A model generated the notes under the pieces. It was given only the letters and a program-made list of their open reading frames with translations. It searched no databases and was not told the origin of the DNA. Positions 33,410 through 46,700 of a stretch of 64,000 bases of DNA are shown here, in pieces (positions within the stretch are counted from its first letter, which is position 1; each line of letters starts with the position of its first letter). The stretch is from Lama guanicoe (lineage: Eukaryota). The DNA is taken from the NCBI GenBank assembly GCA_013239625.1, contig MU053376.1:2569078-2633077 (forward strand), in the 5' to 3' direction. The position numbers and the translations under genes are program-made.

Positions 33410-34750
33410 AAAAGTTGCTGCAAAGAGGCAGGAAGGATCGAGAGCACGTCGAGGGAATAGCACATAGCCTGGATTACCTGGATAACGCATGGGAAGTGAT
33501 GAGAGAGAAGGCTGGAAAGATGTGTTAGAGCCAGTTTATGGAGGATTTAAAAAGGCACATTAGAGACTTTGAATTTTATTTGGTAGGCAGTGAGTAGAGA
33601 TGGAAGACTTTCACTCAAGGAAGTGATGAGGACAGAACATAGATCTCTCTCACGGAGGTGTGTAGTGATAGATGCAGTAGGAAAAGAAATGAGTCAGAGA
33701 AACCAACAGAAGGGCAACAGCCATAGCCTCCCTGAGAGGCCATGATGACATTAGAGACAGAAAAGAAACAGCAGATATGAGAGATGTTGCAAAATCAAAA
33801 GAACGTGTCAACTGATTGAATGTTGGAGGATGAGGGGGAGGAAGGGTTTAAAGGTGAGTCTGAAATTCCATTTCTGGGAGTCTGGATAAATTTTGGAATC
33901 AGAAGGTAAAGCTTCTGGGAAGAAATGACAAGTTCTCCTTTGCTAAGTATAAAGGTGTATAAGATGTCCAATGGGGAAAAAAAAAGAAAAGAAAAGAAAA
34001 AGATGTCCAATGGGCAATAAAAAAAAGTCAAGTCTGAGTTTAGGAGAGTAATAAGAGACAAAGATGTAGTTATGGGGTAGTCTTCTTATAAGAAATAGTT
34101 AAAGCCATGAGATCAGATAACATAAAGATGTGAAGAGAAACATCTTTAAAAGGAAGAACCTAGGATGTGTCTGTATTTAGGGGTGAAAAAGGGGAAGCTG
34201 TGGTAACAACCACTAAGAAAGCAATTACAGAACAGAGAAATCAGGAAAGTTTAGGGTAATGGAAGTCAAAGGGGAAGAGAGTTTCAGGAAGGACATGATT
34301 AGCAGCACTAGAGGCTGCTGAGAAACCACAAGACATGAGTTAAAGAACTTTTAGGAGACAGCATGCTTCAACGAGGTGTGTCAGTAAGGGTGGGAAGGAG
34401 CCATACCGAGGACCACATTGAGAGCGCTGGGGAGTGGCCATAGAGGACGGGCAGGCAGGAGACAGAGGAGATTCTTTTGAGACGTTCAGCATCTTACGAC
34501 AGAACGAAAGTTGAATTTGAGGTTTCGGCAAGATTGAGGGAACATTTCAGGATGAAAGTCACGTTGAAAATAAAGGAAAAAAATGAACAAAACTCTTCTG
34601 AAACAGGAGTGGATAGGGAAGAAAATTTGAGGCGAATAGAAGCTAATGCAGAATGATTTCTTAGTAAAGTAAGAGGCAAGATTATCTGCTGAGAGTAAGA
34701 CAATTTGGTGACCTGGAGAGAAAACTTTGGAATATTCACTGTGGAAAGTA
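33410..34750 (-). mobile_element. Degenerate L2 LINE
   Basis: Purine-rich L2-type text such as gactttgaattttatttggtaggcagtgagtagagatggaagacttt...aggaagtgatg; boundaries approximate. Confidence 0.55.
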
Positions 34751-35717
34751 AAGAAAAGGATTCCAACACATTAGGACATGGTATTTTGAAGACGCAACTT
34801 TAAATATTGTATTTGTTCCAAGTTGGTCCTCAAGACTGCGTCATTTGGGATTCTCTTTTATGGTCGTTCTTGTCAAATCAGCAAATCAGTCTCACCTTTG
34901 TGACTTGCTCTATGTTCTCTTTACCTGTAACATCTTACTTATTTTCATCTAATAATTTCCACTCATCATTCAAAGCCCCAGTCAAATCTCGTATATTCTG
35001 TTCAAACTTCTTCTGTGGTTCAACTCCCTCTCTCCTGAAAATTTTATCAGACTTCTGGTGTTTATTACAGAAAAAATGTGACGTTATCAGGAAGAATTGC
35101 TCTTTAATAGCAATTCCCTGAACATACAAACCTGAATCCTGAGGACTAAGAGCTTAACTGGAGAACGTCAGGGTTTGTGGTCCTTCTTGTGATAACCAGT
35201 CTGTACCTTCATTGCATCCTTCTGAGCAGCACTCAATGGTAGACCAGCTTCTGGAGGTCATTTGGTGTCTAGTATGTGGTAGTGGCGGTGGTCGTAGTTA
35301 ACATTTACTGAGTACTGATCATGTTCCAAGCATCTCAGCACATAGCTGGAACACAGTAAATATGTTAAACTCCTCACCTTCTGAGCTTTCTTGGGGTGGG
35401 ATGGAGACCAGGAAGGGGCCAGGTCACCAGTCCCCGAGCCCCAGGAAATCCTGCTGGACCTAGCATCAGTTTTGTGGACCTAGTCTGAACCCTGAAGTAC
35501 CCAAGGTTTCTGGGTTAGCTGGATTGCCTCTTGTATAATCCTCTTTTGTTCATAAAAAGGGAAGAAAAAAAAAAAGAATTCTGGCATCAAATTTATATTA
35601 TCTTTCCACTTAGGGGAAATGGTTGGCAGAGGAGAAAAAAGATTGCGACATATTATCAAGAAAGAGGGCTAGTGACCACGAAGGAGATTAGATAAACAAT
35701 TCTGCTTTATTTATGCT

Positions 35718-35730
35718 GTTAATCATTCAC
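35718..35730 (+). promoter_or_regulatory. HNF1 site of the probable C4BPA promoter
   Basis: GTTAATCATTCAC has one mismatch to GTTAATNATTAAC and lies just upstream of the putative non-coding exon 1. The human C4BPA promoter is HNF1-dependent (from memory). Confidence 0.7.
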
Positions 35731-35749
35731 TGGGCCAGCAGAGAGTCTC

Positions 35750-35960
35750 TGCCCATCCATTCCTCTTTGGCTATCCCTGAACAGCCAACCACATGGCTAG
35801 AACTCAAGGACTTTTTGGTGAAGCAATCACTTGCCACCTTCAGGGTATTCTGGTAAACTCTTATCTGAGGAACTAAGACAGATCAAAGCAGTTTTCTTCC
35901 TTAAGAAACTACTCAAGGCACCGTGATAGAGTCGTCATCTTCTTCCTCAGCTACCTGCAG
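35750..35960 (+). other. C4BPA: Putative non-coding exon 1 of C4BPA (start approximate)
   Basis: Unique sequence after the HNF1 site ending at the donor CAG|gtcagt; matching acceptor at about 43614. Confidence 0.6.
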
Positions 35961-38509
35961 GTCAGTGGATTATTTGGGGTACCTTGGGGGAAAGGCTGGT
36001 GGTTTGGCCTTTTAAGGGGTGCAAGATTAGAAGGATAAGTCAGAGACAAAAACTTGGGAGTGTTTTCAGCAGAAATCTATGCCGGAGTACTGCACTGGGG
36101 GGGGCAGTATACCTTGAAAAGTACTTTTAAACCCTACTGAGCCTCAGTTTTCTATATATAATGGGGAAATAATAATGCATACTAATAAAATAAACTGAAG
36201 CAGAAAAGAAGAAGTTACTCTTCTTATTGCATTTAAAAGTCAGGTGTGTTGGTTTGTTGATTTTTTTTCACCATCTTTCCACACAGGCGAGTTGAGGCAG
36301 GAGGTAAGCCAGACATCCCAAAGGGAGTGACAAGGGACCTGGTTTTCACTGTCTCCATTCTGAAAATTGGTGCAGTTCTCTTTGGAGATGCTATTAACCC
36401 ATCCACATCCCCTCCACATCTCCTCCACCATCAACAGCAAAGACCTTTAGATCTGATAGTAAGGAGAACATGGATGAGTCTGCAGTTAGTCTCTGAAGCT
36501 AGAAGAAGCCTTACTCATCTTCATCTCTTTTCCCTCCCTCCCTCTTTGAATATGGCAATATTGATTAGCCTTATTTCTTGAAATCCCCTTCTCCCTTGGT
36601 TGGGCAGAACGTAGTACTGCTACTCTGGTTTGCATTTCAGTTTTTCAACCACTCTTCTGTTTGATGACTCCTGTTCTTTCCCTAAACGTAGTAGTAAAGA
36701 TAAATACAAAGTAGAGTGCCTAGAAGAGGAAGAGGCACCAAAAAAGGTTTGTATTAAGTTATATTATGTTGAATATAATATGGGCACAGAAGGAAGCAGC
36801 TGATACAGAGACAAAGAGATTTTAGAAAGGAAGGGAACAACTTGGAAGCAAGTTCTTTCTGGAGTCTGAAAGTGATGTGATTGAGAGTGCAGGTGTAAGC
36901 CAGGAGACACTCCACCTGAGGCTGGAGGGAAATATTATCCTTTCCAGAGGTATCTGAAGTTTTAAAAAGGGAGTTTAGACAACATAAATACGCTAACTTA
37001 AAAAGTAATCTCTAATAGGAGAAATTGGGAGGCTGAGGGTTTTCCCAGAGCCTCTCAAACTGCCTTGGCACGTGCTGATGCTGTTTTCCACAAGAGACTC
37101 TCCATGTTGACTATAGTTGACTTGAGTTGGTTTCAGTTCTACAGGAATTGATGTTATTGAAATATGAAGGCATTCGCTAGGGAAGTCTTAGCTTTTCAGT
37201 GGGCAGTTACAGAATTCTAGACTTTGTAGGAACTAGAAAGATGATTCAAGTTTAATGTCATCATTTTTGGGATGAGAAACTGAGGTCCAAGGAGCTGCTT
37301 CAAGATCACAGAAATAGACTAGTATTGTTGGGGCTCAGATCCAGGGCTCCTCGGCTCACAAGTCCTAGCCTCCACCTCCATATTCTGTGGTCAGCTGAGT
37401 CCCAGGCAGGTTCTGCTGAGGGACCGCAGTGAGTCATGAGAATGAACTGTAAATGCTACACATGGCCCACTGAGTCACCACACGTCCCAAGAACCAGTAA
37501 GCGAAGTCAAATCACTGAATCATCTCTTCAAAATTTATGAAACACTTCAGATTATTTCATTTGGTCCACAGTAGGTATGTAGTCATTCTCATCCTGAAGA
37601 TAAAACTAAGTTCAGTTTCATTTACTTCCCATTTACTGGATAACTATTATATACCAGTTAATATTAGGTTAGAAACTGGAAAGTTGAATAAACAACTTTG
37701 TCTCTGTCTTTAAGGGACTGGCAATCTATTTCAGGAGGCAGAGGTGAATAGTTACAATACAATGTGGTGTTACAATGAAAATGTCAGCGAAGTACTCGGG
37801 GAGCATGGAAGGGACTGACATTTCTTGGTGGGGTTGGGCAATTCTTCACCAAGGAGGTGGCGTTTGATCTGGATTTGATCAGGGAGAAGTTAGAGGTAAG
37901 AGCTTTCTTGCACAAAAGTCATCATCTACAAATGCTTGCAGGTGTTTAGAAAGTTCCAGGATGTGTTTTGGGAAAGGTAAGCACTTGCACGAGGTTGAAG
38001 CACAGTGTTTTAAGTGAGCAGAAGTAGAGGGAGTGTTGGGACTTAGAGAACTGGGGACCAGGGGAGTTTTTAAGGAAATCGCTTTTTGGGAATGTAACAG
38101 CATCCGTGTAGAAGCTGGCTTACAGCTGTTCTGCGGCTTTTGCAGTGGTGTAGGGTGGGAGTGAAGGCAACCATGAGAACCTAAGCCTGGGCTATGGAAG
38201 TGGGCGTAGGAGAGGATGACAGAGTCTAGTGTTGCTGCGGACGATGTGACAAGGCTTGGTGACTCTGCCTATGGAAGGTGCGAGAAAGAGGAGGCTAGGA
38301 TGAGTCAGGTTTCTAGTCTAGGAGACTGGGTAGAGATTATTCCCTTGGCTGAGACAGAAAGCAAAGGTCAAGCAGCCTTGGAAGCAAGACAGTGCATCTA
38401 GTTTGGGATATGTTGGATTCAAGGTACCTGGGAGATGCAGATGAAGCAGTGGGAAATACTGATCTGAACCCTGGGATTTATTATAAAAAATTTAAAAAAA
38501 AATTTGTGT

Positions 38510-39302
38510 GTTTAATTCAGAAATCTAAGAAGTGGTTGCCAGGGGCTGGGAACACGGGAGAAATAAGGAGAGTTTGATAAAAAGGGTATAAGCTTTCAGC
38601 TATAAGATGAAGAAAATTTGAGGATTTAATGTAAAACATGGTGACTATAATTGATAACACTGTATTGGATAATTGTAATTTGCTAAGAGAGTAGAACTTC
38701 AAAGTTATTTCCAGAAAAAAAGGTACACTTATATGTGGAATCTTAAAGATAAAACAAAAAAGTCAAACTCATAGAAAAAGAGATTAGATTTGTGATTACA
38801 GAGGAGGGGGAGGGGGGAGGAATTGGAGAAAGGTGGTCAAAAAGGTACAAACTTCCAGTTATGAGGTAAATAAGTGCTGGGGGTTGAATGTACAACACAA
38901 TGACTGCTGCTGACACTGCTGCATGATATACAGGAAAGTTGTTGAGAGTTAATCCTGAGAGTCCTCATTACAAAGAAAATTTTTTTCCTTTTTTTTTCTT
39001 TTCATTGCATCTATATGAGAAGATGGTTGCTAACTGGACCCATTATGGTAATCATTTCACAATATGTATAAATCAAGCTACCCTGCTGTATGCCTTACAC
39101 TTATACAATGATGTATATCAATTATTTTTCAATGAAGCTGGGGAAAAAAGATAAATATGTGAGGTGATAGATGTGTTAATTATTTAGATGGGGGATGGAA
39201 GTCCTTTCTTAGAGTGTACATTTGTCAAATCACCATGATGTACACTTTAAGTGTCTTACCATATACACACTTGTACCTCAATAAAGCTAAAATTAAAAAA
39301 AG
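38510..39302 (+). mobile_element. Two nested L1 3' ends
   Basis: Outer piece gtggttgccaggggctggg...tacctcaataaagct is interrupted by an inner piece cacttatatgtggaatct...tcaatgaagctggg (about 38726-39142). Confidence 0.8.
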
Positions 39303-41546
39303 ACAAATCCAAGAGTCAAAAGTTTCAGTTTAAGTCCAGGATTGCAAGGGAAAAGTATAACAGTTTCTTTTTGGATTTGCAAAGAAAATTCACAAGTACT
39401 TATAACTTTCAAAACCAGAAATGTTACTTTAGATAGTATCCAAAACAAAAAATAATTCCCTGAGATAACCAGTCAGAATTATAGACTTTTCCAGGGTTAA
39501 AGGCTCTGTTCACGTGGCAAAGAAACAATCTCCTTTGTTAGACAGAACGTTTGCAAGTCAATGTCGTGATGCAGGGATCTGCCTGCTTTTCTGTAGCTGT
39601 CGGGGAAGAGAAAGCATTTCCTCCTTATTTTGCTGGGATTGCTTTCACGGACTTTCAGAAAGGTCCGCAGTCCTAAGGCTCAGCACTGGGATTTTACGAG
39701 TTCGCAAGAAGAGTAAAGAAGGCAAGCCTAAACGGCTCAAAATTGACATATGGGAAGTAATAGGGCAGATTTCTTATTAACAGTTGACTTTATAGAGCAT
39801 GTAAGTTTTTGCACCTACAGGAGGCAGTTGGGCCCAGAGGTCTGTGGGTGATGGTCAGTCTTGGGGTAGATGAGTTTCCCCCAGGAAGACAGTGAAGGTA
39901 AGGGAGGAAGAAGCCCAGGACTGGCCCCCCGTGGCTTGTCACAGAGAGTGTCACTGCTCTGTGTGTGGCACTGGGTCTCACTATTACCATGGGCCACAGT
40001 GAAGACCAGACCAACGGCTTCTGGCCCAAGTCCAGTGTGCTTTCCTCTGCACCTGGGCTTAAAGTCCCCTGGTATTGCAGCCATCCGTCGTTACAGTCAT
40101 TATAATTTTATAGCATTATTGTGGTGATGCTTTTGCTCTAGGAGTTCTGGTTCTGTCAGAATCGCATTCCAACACCAATTCTGCCACTCTCTTTGCTGAC
40201 ATTTCTTATGAATATTTACTATGTGCTGACCGTGCACCAGACCAAAACCCTTCTCAGCTATCCTGGGAGACATGAATAGTTATTTTTATTTTGTAAAAAA
40301 GGAAATTGAAGCTTAGAGGCGCTTAGAGGGCTGAGCATCTTGCCCATGGACACACAGTTCCCATGTGGTGGAACCAGGAATGAACCCACATGGGTTGAGT
40401 CTGACCCCAGGGCCTGGCCGCATACTGTCCTGCTGTGTCCCCGACACTGTGTCTGCAGCCCTGGTGCAAGCCTGTGTGATGTAAATCTCTCATCATAGTG
40501 TAGGGTCTGTATGTGCAACTGCCTATTAGCTCCCGTGATAATCTGTGATTTTCGTTTATTCCTTCTCTCTTTGTTGTGCTATGTTGTATGGTTGAGGTTA
40601 TGATGACTGTAGATTCTAGAGGAACAGCCCAGAGTAAAAGCTCACGGGCCTGGTCTCGTTAAGGTAGCAGGTGTGCCTTGCTTTTAAAATCAGCCCAGAT
40701 CTGGCCTTGACAAAACAAACACTGTAAGAGTAGATATGGATATGGAACAGTCGTATTTTTTCTTTAAAACGTAGTAGAGCATTAGGTGCTTTTGAATGTG
40801 AATTCAACAAATATTTAACTGAGCACTTTGTGTGAGGCACAGTGCTGGGTACCACATAGGGCAGGGATGAACACAAACCCGCCTTCTGACTTCAAGGACC
40901 TTGTGGCCCAGTGGCGAAGACAGACTTCAGATGTCAGTAAAACCAAGTGAGAGTCAGCGTTATAAACACTCAGGTGTAACTGGAACTTGGAGACTGGCCT
41001 GGAGGATAAGAGGGAGCATTGGAGAAGGGGCTGCTAGAATGAGCAGGAATTAAAGGGGAAAGGGTGAGAGGGAAGATGATGTGGGCAGGTACAGGGGGTC
41101 AGAAAGTGTTTGGAACCATCAGGGATCCAGGTTATCTGGACTGGCTGGATTATTAAGGCTCAGACCAAAATACTAAAAAGTTAGTCATCCGAAGCCAGTT
41201 TAGTAAATGCCAGCTCCTGAAGGATCAGTTCACTGAAGTCAATTTGCTGAATTTATCAAATTATCAATTTATTTAACATCGTTCTAAGAAATATTCAATT
41301 TGAATATATTCAATGGTTATAAAAGTTCTTTTTGAACATAACTAAGAAACATGTTCTTTGTAGCAGCATTTTAAGTATTTTTGCTCAATTTCCTGAAGCT
41401 AAGGATTTAATCTAAGGCTATGCTTTTATAAATATGCTCATGAATATTTTTCTGATCCTGTTCAATGTATGTATTTTTCTTGTGAATATCATGACAACTG
41501 CAACAATTCACAGGGGAAATTTTCACTTTGTACTATTACCCTCTTG

Positions 41547-41683
41547 TTGGGAGGGAGGGAATTAGGTTTATTTATTGATTTATTATTATAATTTTTTTTA
41601 CTTTAACTGGAGGTACTGGGGACTGAACCCATGACCTCATGCATGCTAAGCATGCACTCTGCCACAGAGCTGTACCTTCCCCG
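41547..41683 (-). mobile_element. tRNA-derived SINE (camelid Vic-1-like)
   Basis: Same family as 23748; perfect 18-bp TSD tgtactattaccctcttg (41529-41546 / 41684-41701). Confidence 0.92.
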
Positions 41684-43690
41684 TGTACTATTACCCTCTT
41701 GGTTTTTTTATAGTCGAATTCTATTTTGCCAACATGCTGGTATTTTTTTAAATCTCTTTCTTTAATTTCACTGAAATTCAATAAACAAAACATATCTACT
41801 GATATCAAAAGTGAAAGAAACTGACTTCTATGGTTTTTATAGTCTATAACAAGTTTTATTGGATGGGAGAAATTTATCATATTTTGTACATTTCACAGAT
41901 GACTTAGTGGGCTGTTTTCATTGTATGGAACTTGCCCTACCGCCAGCTGTCTCCAGTCTCTTCCAGTTGCTAGGGCAGAAGGAGTAGAGACTAGGGATCA
42001 GGAGGGAGGTGCGGGGCAGAAAGGAGGAAGCAAGAAAGAAAGGGGCTCAGAACGATGGTCCTGGCTCCTCTCACCCTCTTTAGGCCACCTCAATTCATTC
42101 AGTACAAATTCCGCAAACATATTGTTTTAGTGACCAAGACATTTGATAAATTGTTCAACAAGTTGAATTGATTTTCTGGCAGAATTGTCCTAGTGGCCAT
42201 GTAGAGAGCTCACAAGATAGGACTGTGTGGGGTGGAGTTGTCCACAACTGACAGCAGGGGGAGGACTGAACATTAGAACTGAGTTTGGAAGGGGAAGATT
42301 AGATAGTCATTACTCAGTGAAGACGCTAGGACCCTCCACGTAGTGTGAAGGGCCGTTATGAACGTTCTTCCCCCTAAATGTGGGACAGAAACATCTTAGA
42401 GGGAAATATTGAGGGGGCTGCCTTTATCTAAATGGCTATGCAATTAGTAAGAATTACAGACAGACACATGGGGAGTGTGGCATCCTCTGGCTCTAACAGA
42501 AATATCAGAATAAAAGATGAAATTCAATATTTCATTGGGAGTTAATTTCATATGTTCTTTTGAGGACGAAGACTGTTTCTAATGTAAATTTAAGATATAT
42601 TGGTTTTTTGTGTGTTGTTTTTCTTTTTTTTGCAACGGGAACAGGAGTGTGGTGAAGAGATAAATGTCCTTCATGATTTTGCTTTAAACAAGTCTTCAGA
42701 TAGTCTGATTAAATAATGAAAGGACATTTGTCACATAAATCCTTCTTTTTCTTTACATATCTCTATATACCTACATATATCTATATCTCTACATAAAACC
42801 ATGTTTTTTTTTCCCTCAGAACTTTAAATTGCTTGATGGTTTATTTCCTCTGTGGATAGTTGTCATGAAGAACCCCCAGTGTTATACATAGTGATTCAAC
42901 TCCCTTTCTCTGTCTCATCATTTCCTTACTTTTTTGTTTTGTTTTGTTTTGTTTTACATTTGTTGCCTGTTACCTAACTCGTCTGCCGTTTCCTTGGTCA
43001 GATCACTTCTGTGGCTCACCTTGCCCATCAACAGTCTTCTTAATCAATCTCCCTGTTTCTTCTCTCTGTTCACTTCAATTTGTCAGGTATACATCTGCTA
43101 TGGTGACCTTAAAGCACAATAATGTGTCACTCTAAGGACATGTTAAAAACAAACCAACCAAAACTAGAATCCAAAACAAAACACAATGGCTCTTTATTCC
43201 CCAACCAGTAATGTCCATAAATTCCTCAACTTGGCCCTTACGTCCCATTCAGACACATCTGTGAGCTGCCCTGCTACTTAACAACCATCTCCTCATCTCC
43301 ATTACCTTGCCTTCCGACCGTATGAGTATCATCTACCGCCCCCTCAGCTGGCCCTGTGTCCACTTCTCGACTTTCACAGCATACCTACCTCAGGTTCTGC
43401 CACCTCCCATCTCTCCATGGAATTAGTTTCTCTCGCGAGCAGAGCGCTTCCACAGAGGCTAACACTCCCTGCTCTGTGTGGTGACATCTGTGCGCATATC
43501 TTTTCTTCCACTCTAGGCTATAGTTTCTTGAAGCCGTGGAGCTCCTAGCATTCATTCCAGTGCTTTATGACAAATAGGAAGTCAATGATTGTTTATTAAG
43601 TTGAGTTTTCTCAGCAGAAACGTGTCGGAGAAGCATCAGGCCATACACCCCTGAAGAGCTCCGATTATGATCTTTCACAGAAAGGGGGCC

Positions 43691-43784
43691 ATGGCATCCT
43701 GGCGCTTCTCTAGGCTGTGGGGAGTCTCTGGCCCAGCTCTGTTCCAAGTGATGTTGATTGCTGCTCTGTTGGCCACTGTTCTTG
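43691..43784 (+). CDS. C4BPA: C4BPA signal-peptide exon
   Basis: gccATGg; [32 protein letters not shown]|gtgagt. Confidence 0.88.
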
Positions 43785-46700
43785 GTGAGTAATGGGGAGA
43801 CAGGTTCAGACTGTCAGCAAATATTCAAAATCATCCTCTTGTTCACTTTCAGGACTAACAGAAACCCCTGCTTCAGCAACAAAGAGTTTTTTTTTTGACC
43901 AGGAAGTTGGAATTTATTTGGGATTTGGAATTATTTGGAATGTAGGGGGAAATTGCTTTTTACCTATAGAAGTGGCAGCTCTGTAGATTCTTCCCTCTAA
44001 AATTTATTCTCCAGGAAGTTCCAAAACAACCTGTCTCCAACCATGACTTGAAACAAATCTAAATTATCTATCAGCTTGATTGAACAAACTTCACTGTCTG
44101 TGGGTTGATCCAGAATGAAAGGGGACGTGTATACTTCTACTGTGGCTCCTGAAAGGAGATCGGCCCGATATTTCATTCTTGCAAGCAAGGCAGGATTAAG
44201 ATTTTTATGCTTCTAGGGGTCCATGTCTCTTCCTTCCTATCACCCAACATCCAAACGGTACAAAAAATCTTATCCATCTTTCAGCCACCCAGTTTCCGTT
44301 CCCTGAGGCAACCAACGTTACATAATGTTATTTCGAATGAAATAATACGTTCCTGTTGAGGAAAATTGTAGCATTTCTGGATTTGCACAGATACATCTGA
44401 GTCAGCAGATATGGGGAATCTGATAGGTTGATTAAATCTACCATCCTTTCAAGAAAAAAATTCTGCCTTTTATCATATCATTTACCATTATTATTGTCAT
44501 TGTCATTAATCAACAAACATGTATTATTAATCACTCACTGGATTCATTGAACAATGGGGATAATAGGAGTTACTATTTTTCTAGATTAGAGAAGAAAAAA
44601 ATGGTTCCTGTCCTAATACAATGCTACTCAAACTTTAAGATGCTGTGTTCCCAGGCTATAACTTTTGGCGCTTTTGTCATTTTGGTGTCCAGGCAAGTGT
44701 GGTACTCCACCCAATTTACAGTTTGCTTCTCTGATAAATCAGTTGAATGAGACAGAGTTTGAAACTGGAACTTTTCTGAAATACAACTGCCGCCCTGGCT
44801 ACACTAGAACCTCTTCAAAATCTTTTGGTGTTACCTGTACCTCATCAGGTGAATGGAACTACCAGGTCTTCTGTGTCAGTAAGTATGAACGTTTATTTTT
44901 CTTATTTGTGCTTTTTCCTTCTTTGCAAAGTTATCTCAGGCACTAAGCTTTATGAATGCAAATGGGTGTTTTTCATCACTAAGAAACAATCCAGTTTGTC
45001 AGTTACTGTTTTCAGGGTACATGTGTGCCACTTTTTGAAAAACATAAACAAAAAAACGAATAAAACAAAAAATGGGAGCTACCTAGTTGCATTGAGTAAT
45101 AAGTCTATCCTTTACATCTATTTAATAAGTACTTTTTTCCAGATGTGAACTACAAATTGAATTTTGATGCATTGAAAACTAGATTCACTCTTTACAAAAT
45201 TATAAAAAATTATGCTGCTAGAAAATAGCAATGTGGTTTTCAAAGAAACCTCACTCAAAATATCTGCTGTTTTTCAAAGAAGATGCTATGGTTCACTCTT
45301 GTTGAGAATAAATTCTGTGATATTTTTCTAGAAGTAAGGGTATACACGTACAATCTATACCTTTTTGTTGTTGTTCCTTTTGTGACCAAGGACACGTGCA
45401 GTTTTGAGTGGCTTAAGTTCAAAGTACATGCTGGAGACGTAGAATGGAGTTTAGCTGCCGGGTGTTGAATCCTGGGTCGTAGATTCCATGACTACAGTGA
45501 TCAGTCGGCCCTCTTTTCTAAGAATATCTAAGAATATGTGAAATCACTAACCATCATTTTGATTTTTCTCTCAGAGAGACGATGCAGAAACCCAGGAGAA
45601 TTACTTAACGGGCTAGTGACAGTTAAGACAGATTACTCTTACGGATCAGAAATAGAATTCAGCTGTTTAAAAGGGTGAGTGTGAGCCAATCTAGAAGGAA
45701 CACTTTCCTTTTAAATTAATTTTTAAAACTAGCTTATGTGTTCATATATTCAAAAGTAAAAGTGATGTAAAAAAAATGTATACACTGAGAATTCTCATTT
45801 CCGTTCTATTGCCATCTACCCCTTTCCTTTTTGTCCTTAAGCAGGGATCCACTTTTACTGGCTACTCATGTACCTTTTATACAAATACAAGCTAAGAAAT
45901 TAATACATATTTTTATTTCGTACCTTTCCAATTACAAAGGGAGTTTTGAATCTTGCTGTATTTTTTTACTTACTAATATATCCAGGAGATATTTCTATGT
46001 TTGTGCTTAGAGAGGTTCTCTCTCATTAATTCCCTTTTACAACTGCATAGGATTTTATGGTGTGATGTATCATGGATTAAGAATCTCTTTGATGGAACCA
46101 TGAATCTTTTGCTGTTCTGAACCGTGCTCTAATGCTTTATCTTGTACACATATAGTTACATCTGTGGGGTAAATTCCCAGAGTGACATTCCTGGGTCAAA
46201 GAGTACATGTACTTGAAAATTTGATGCTAAAGGAAGATAAGCATTATTTTTAACAAGGCCTTTTGGTACTGATTTCTCTTGGCCTCAACACCTCATCTCT
46301 GGTGACAAAAACATTCTTTCCTCCTGGTGTAGAAAAGGCATCTTTCACATGGGATTTTGCTCCTCTGCTTTCAGGAAGGAAAGAGGAGGGGGGTGTCAGA
46401 GTGACCTTAAAGTTGCATCTGCTGCCTTTCAAGTGCCTTTAGCTCAAAATAATCCTGATGCTGTAAGTGGCAAATTTGGGGGATGGTATATTCTGCTCCA
46501 TTCATTGTAGTGTTTTCTCCTGTTTCTTCAGGAGTGTTCCAAAGTTTTCCTCACACAGATTTTTTGCATTCCTTGAAGTATTTAAACCTAGGTATATTGT
46601 TTTTGCTATTTTAAATAGATCATCTTTTCTTCATTATATATTCTAACATTATGTATATGTGTACACTATTGATTTCTGAATGTGAAATTTATATTTAAGC

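Noticed and set aside
34935..35129. Protein-like minus-strand ORF (KKFEQNIRDLTGALNDEWKLLDENK)
   Set aside because: The DNA resembles a decayed L2 3' region (tcattcaaagccccagtcaaat); no splice or homology support.
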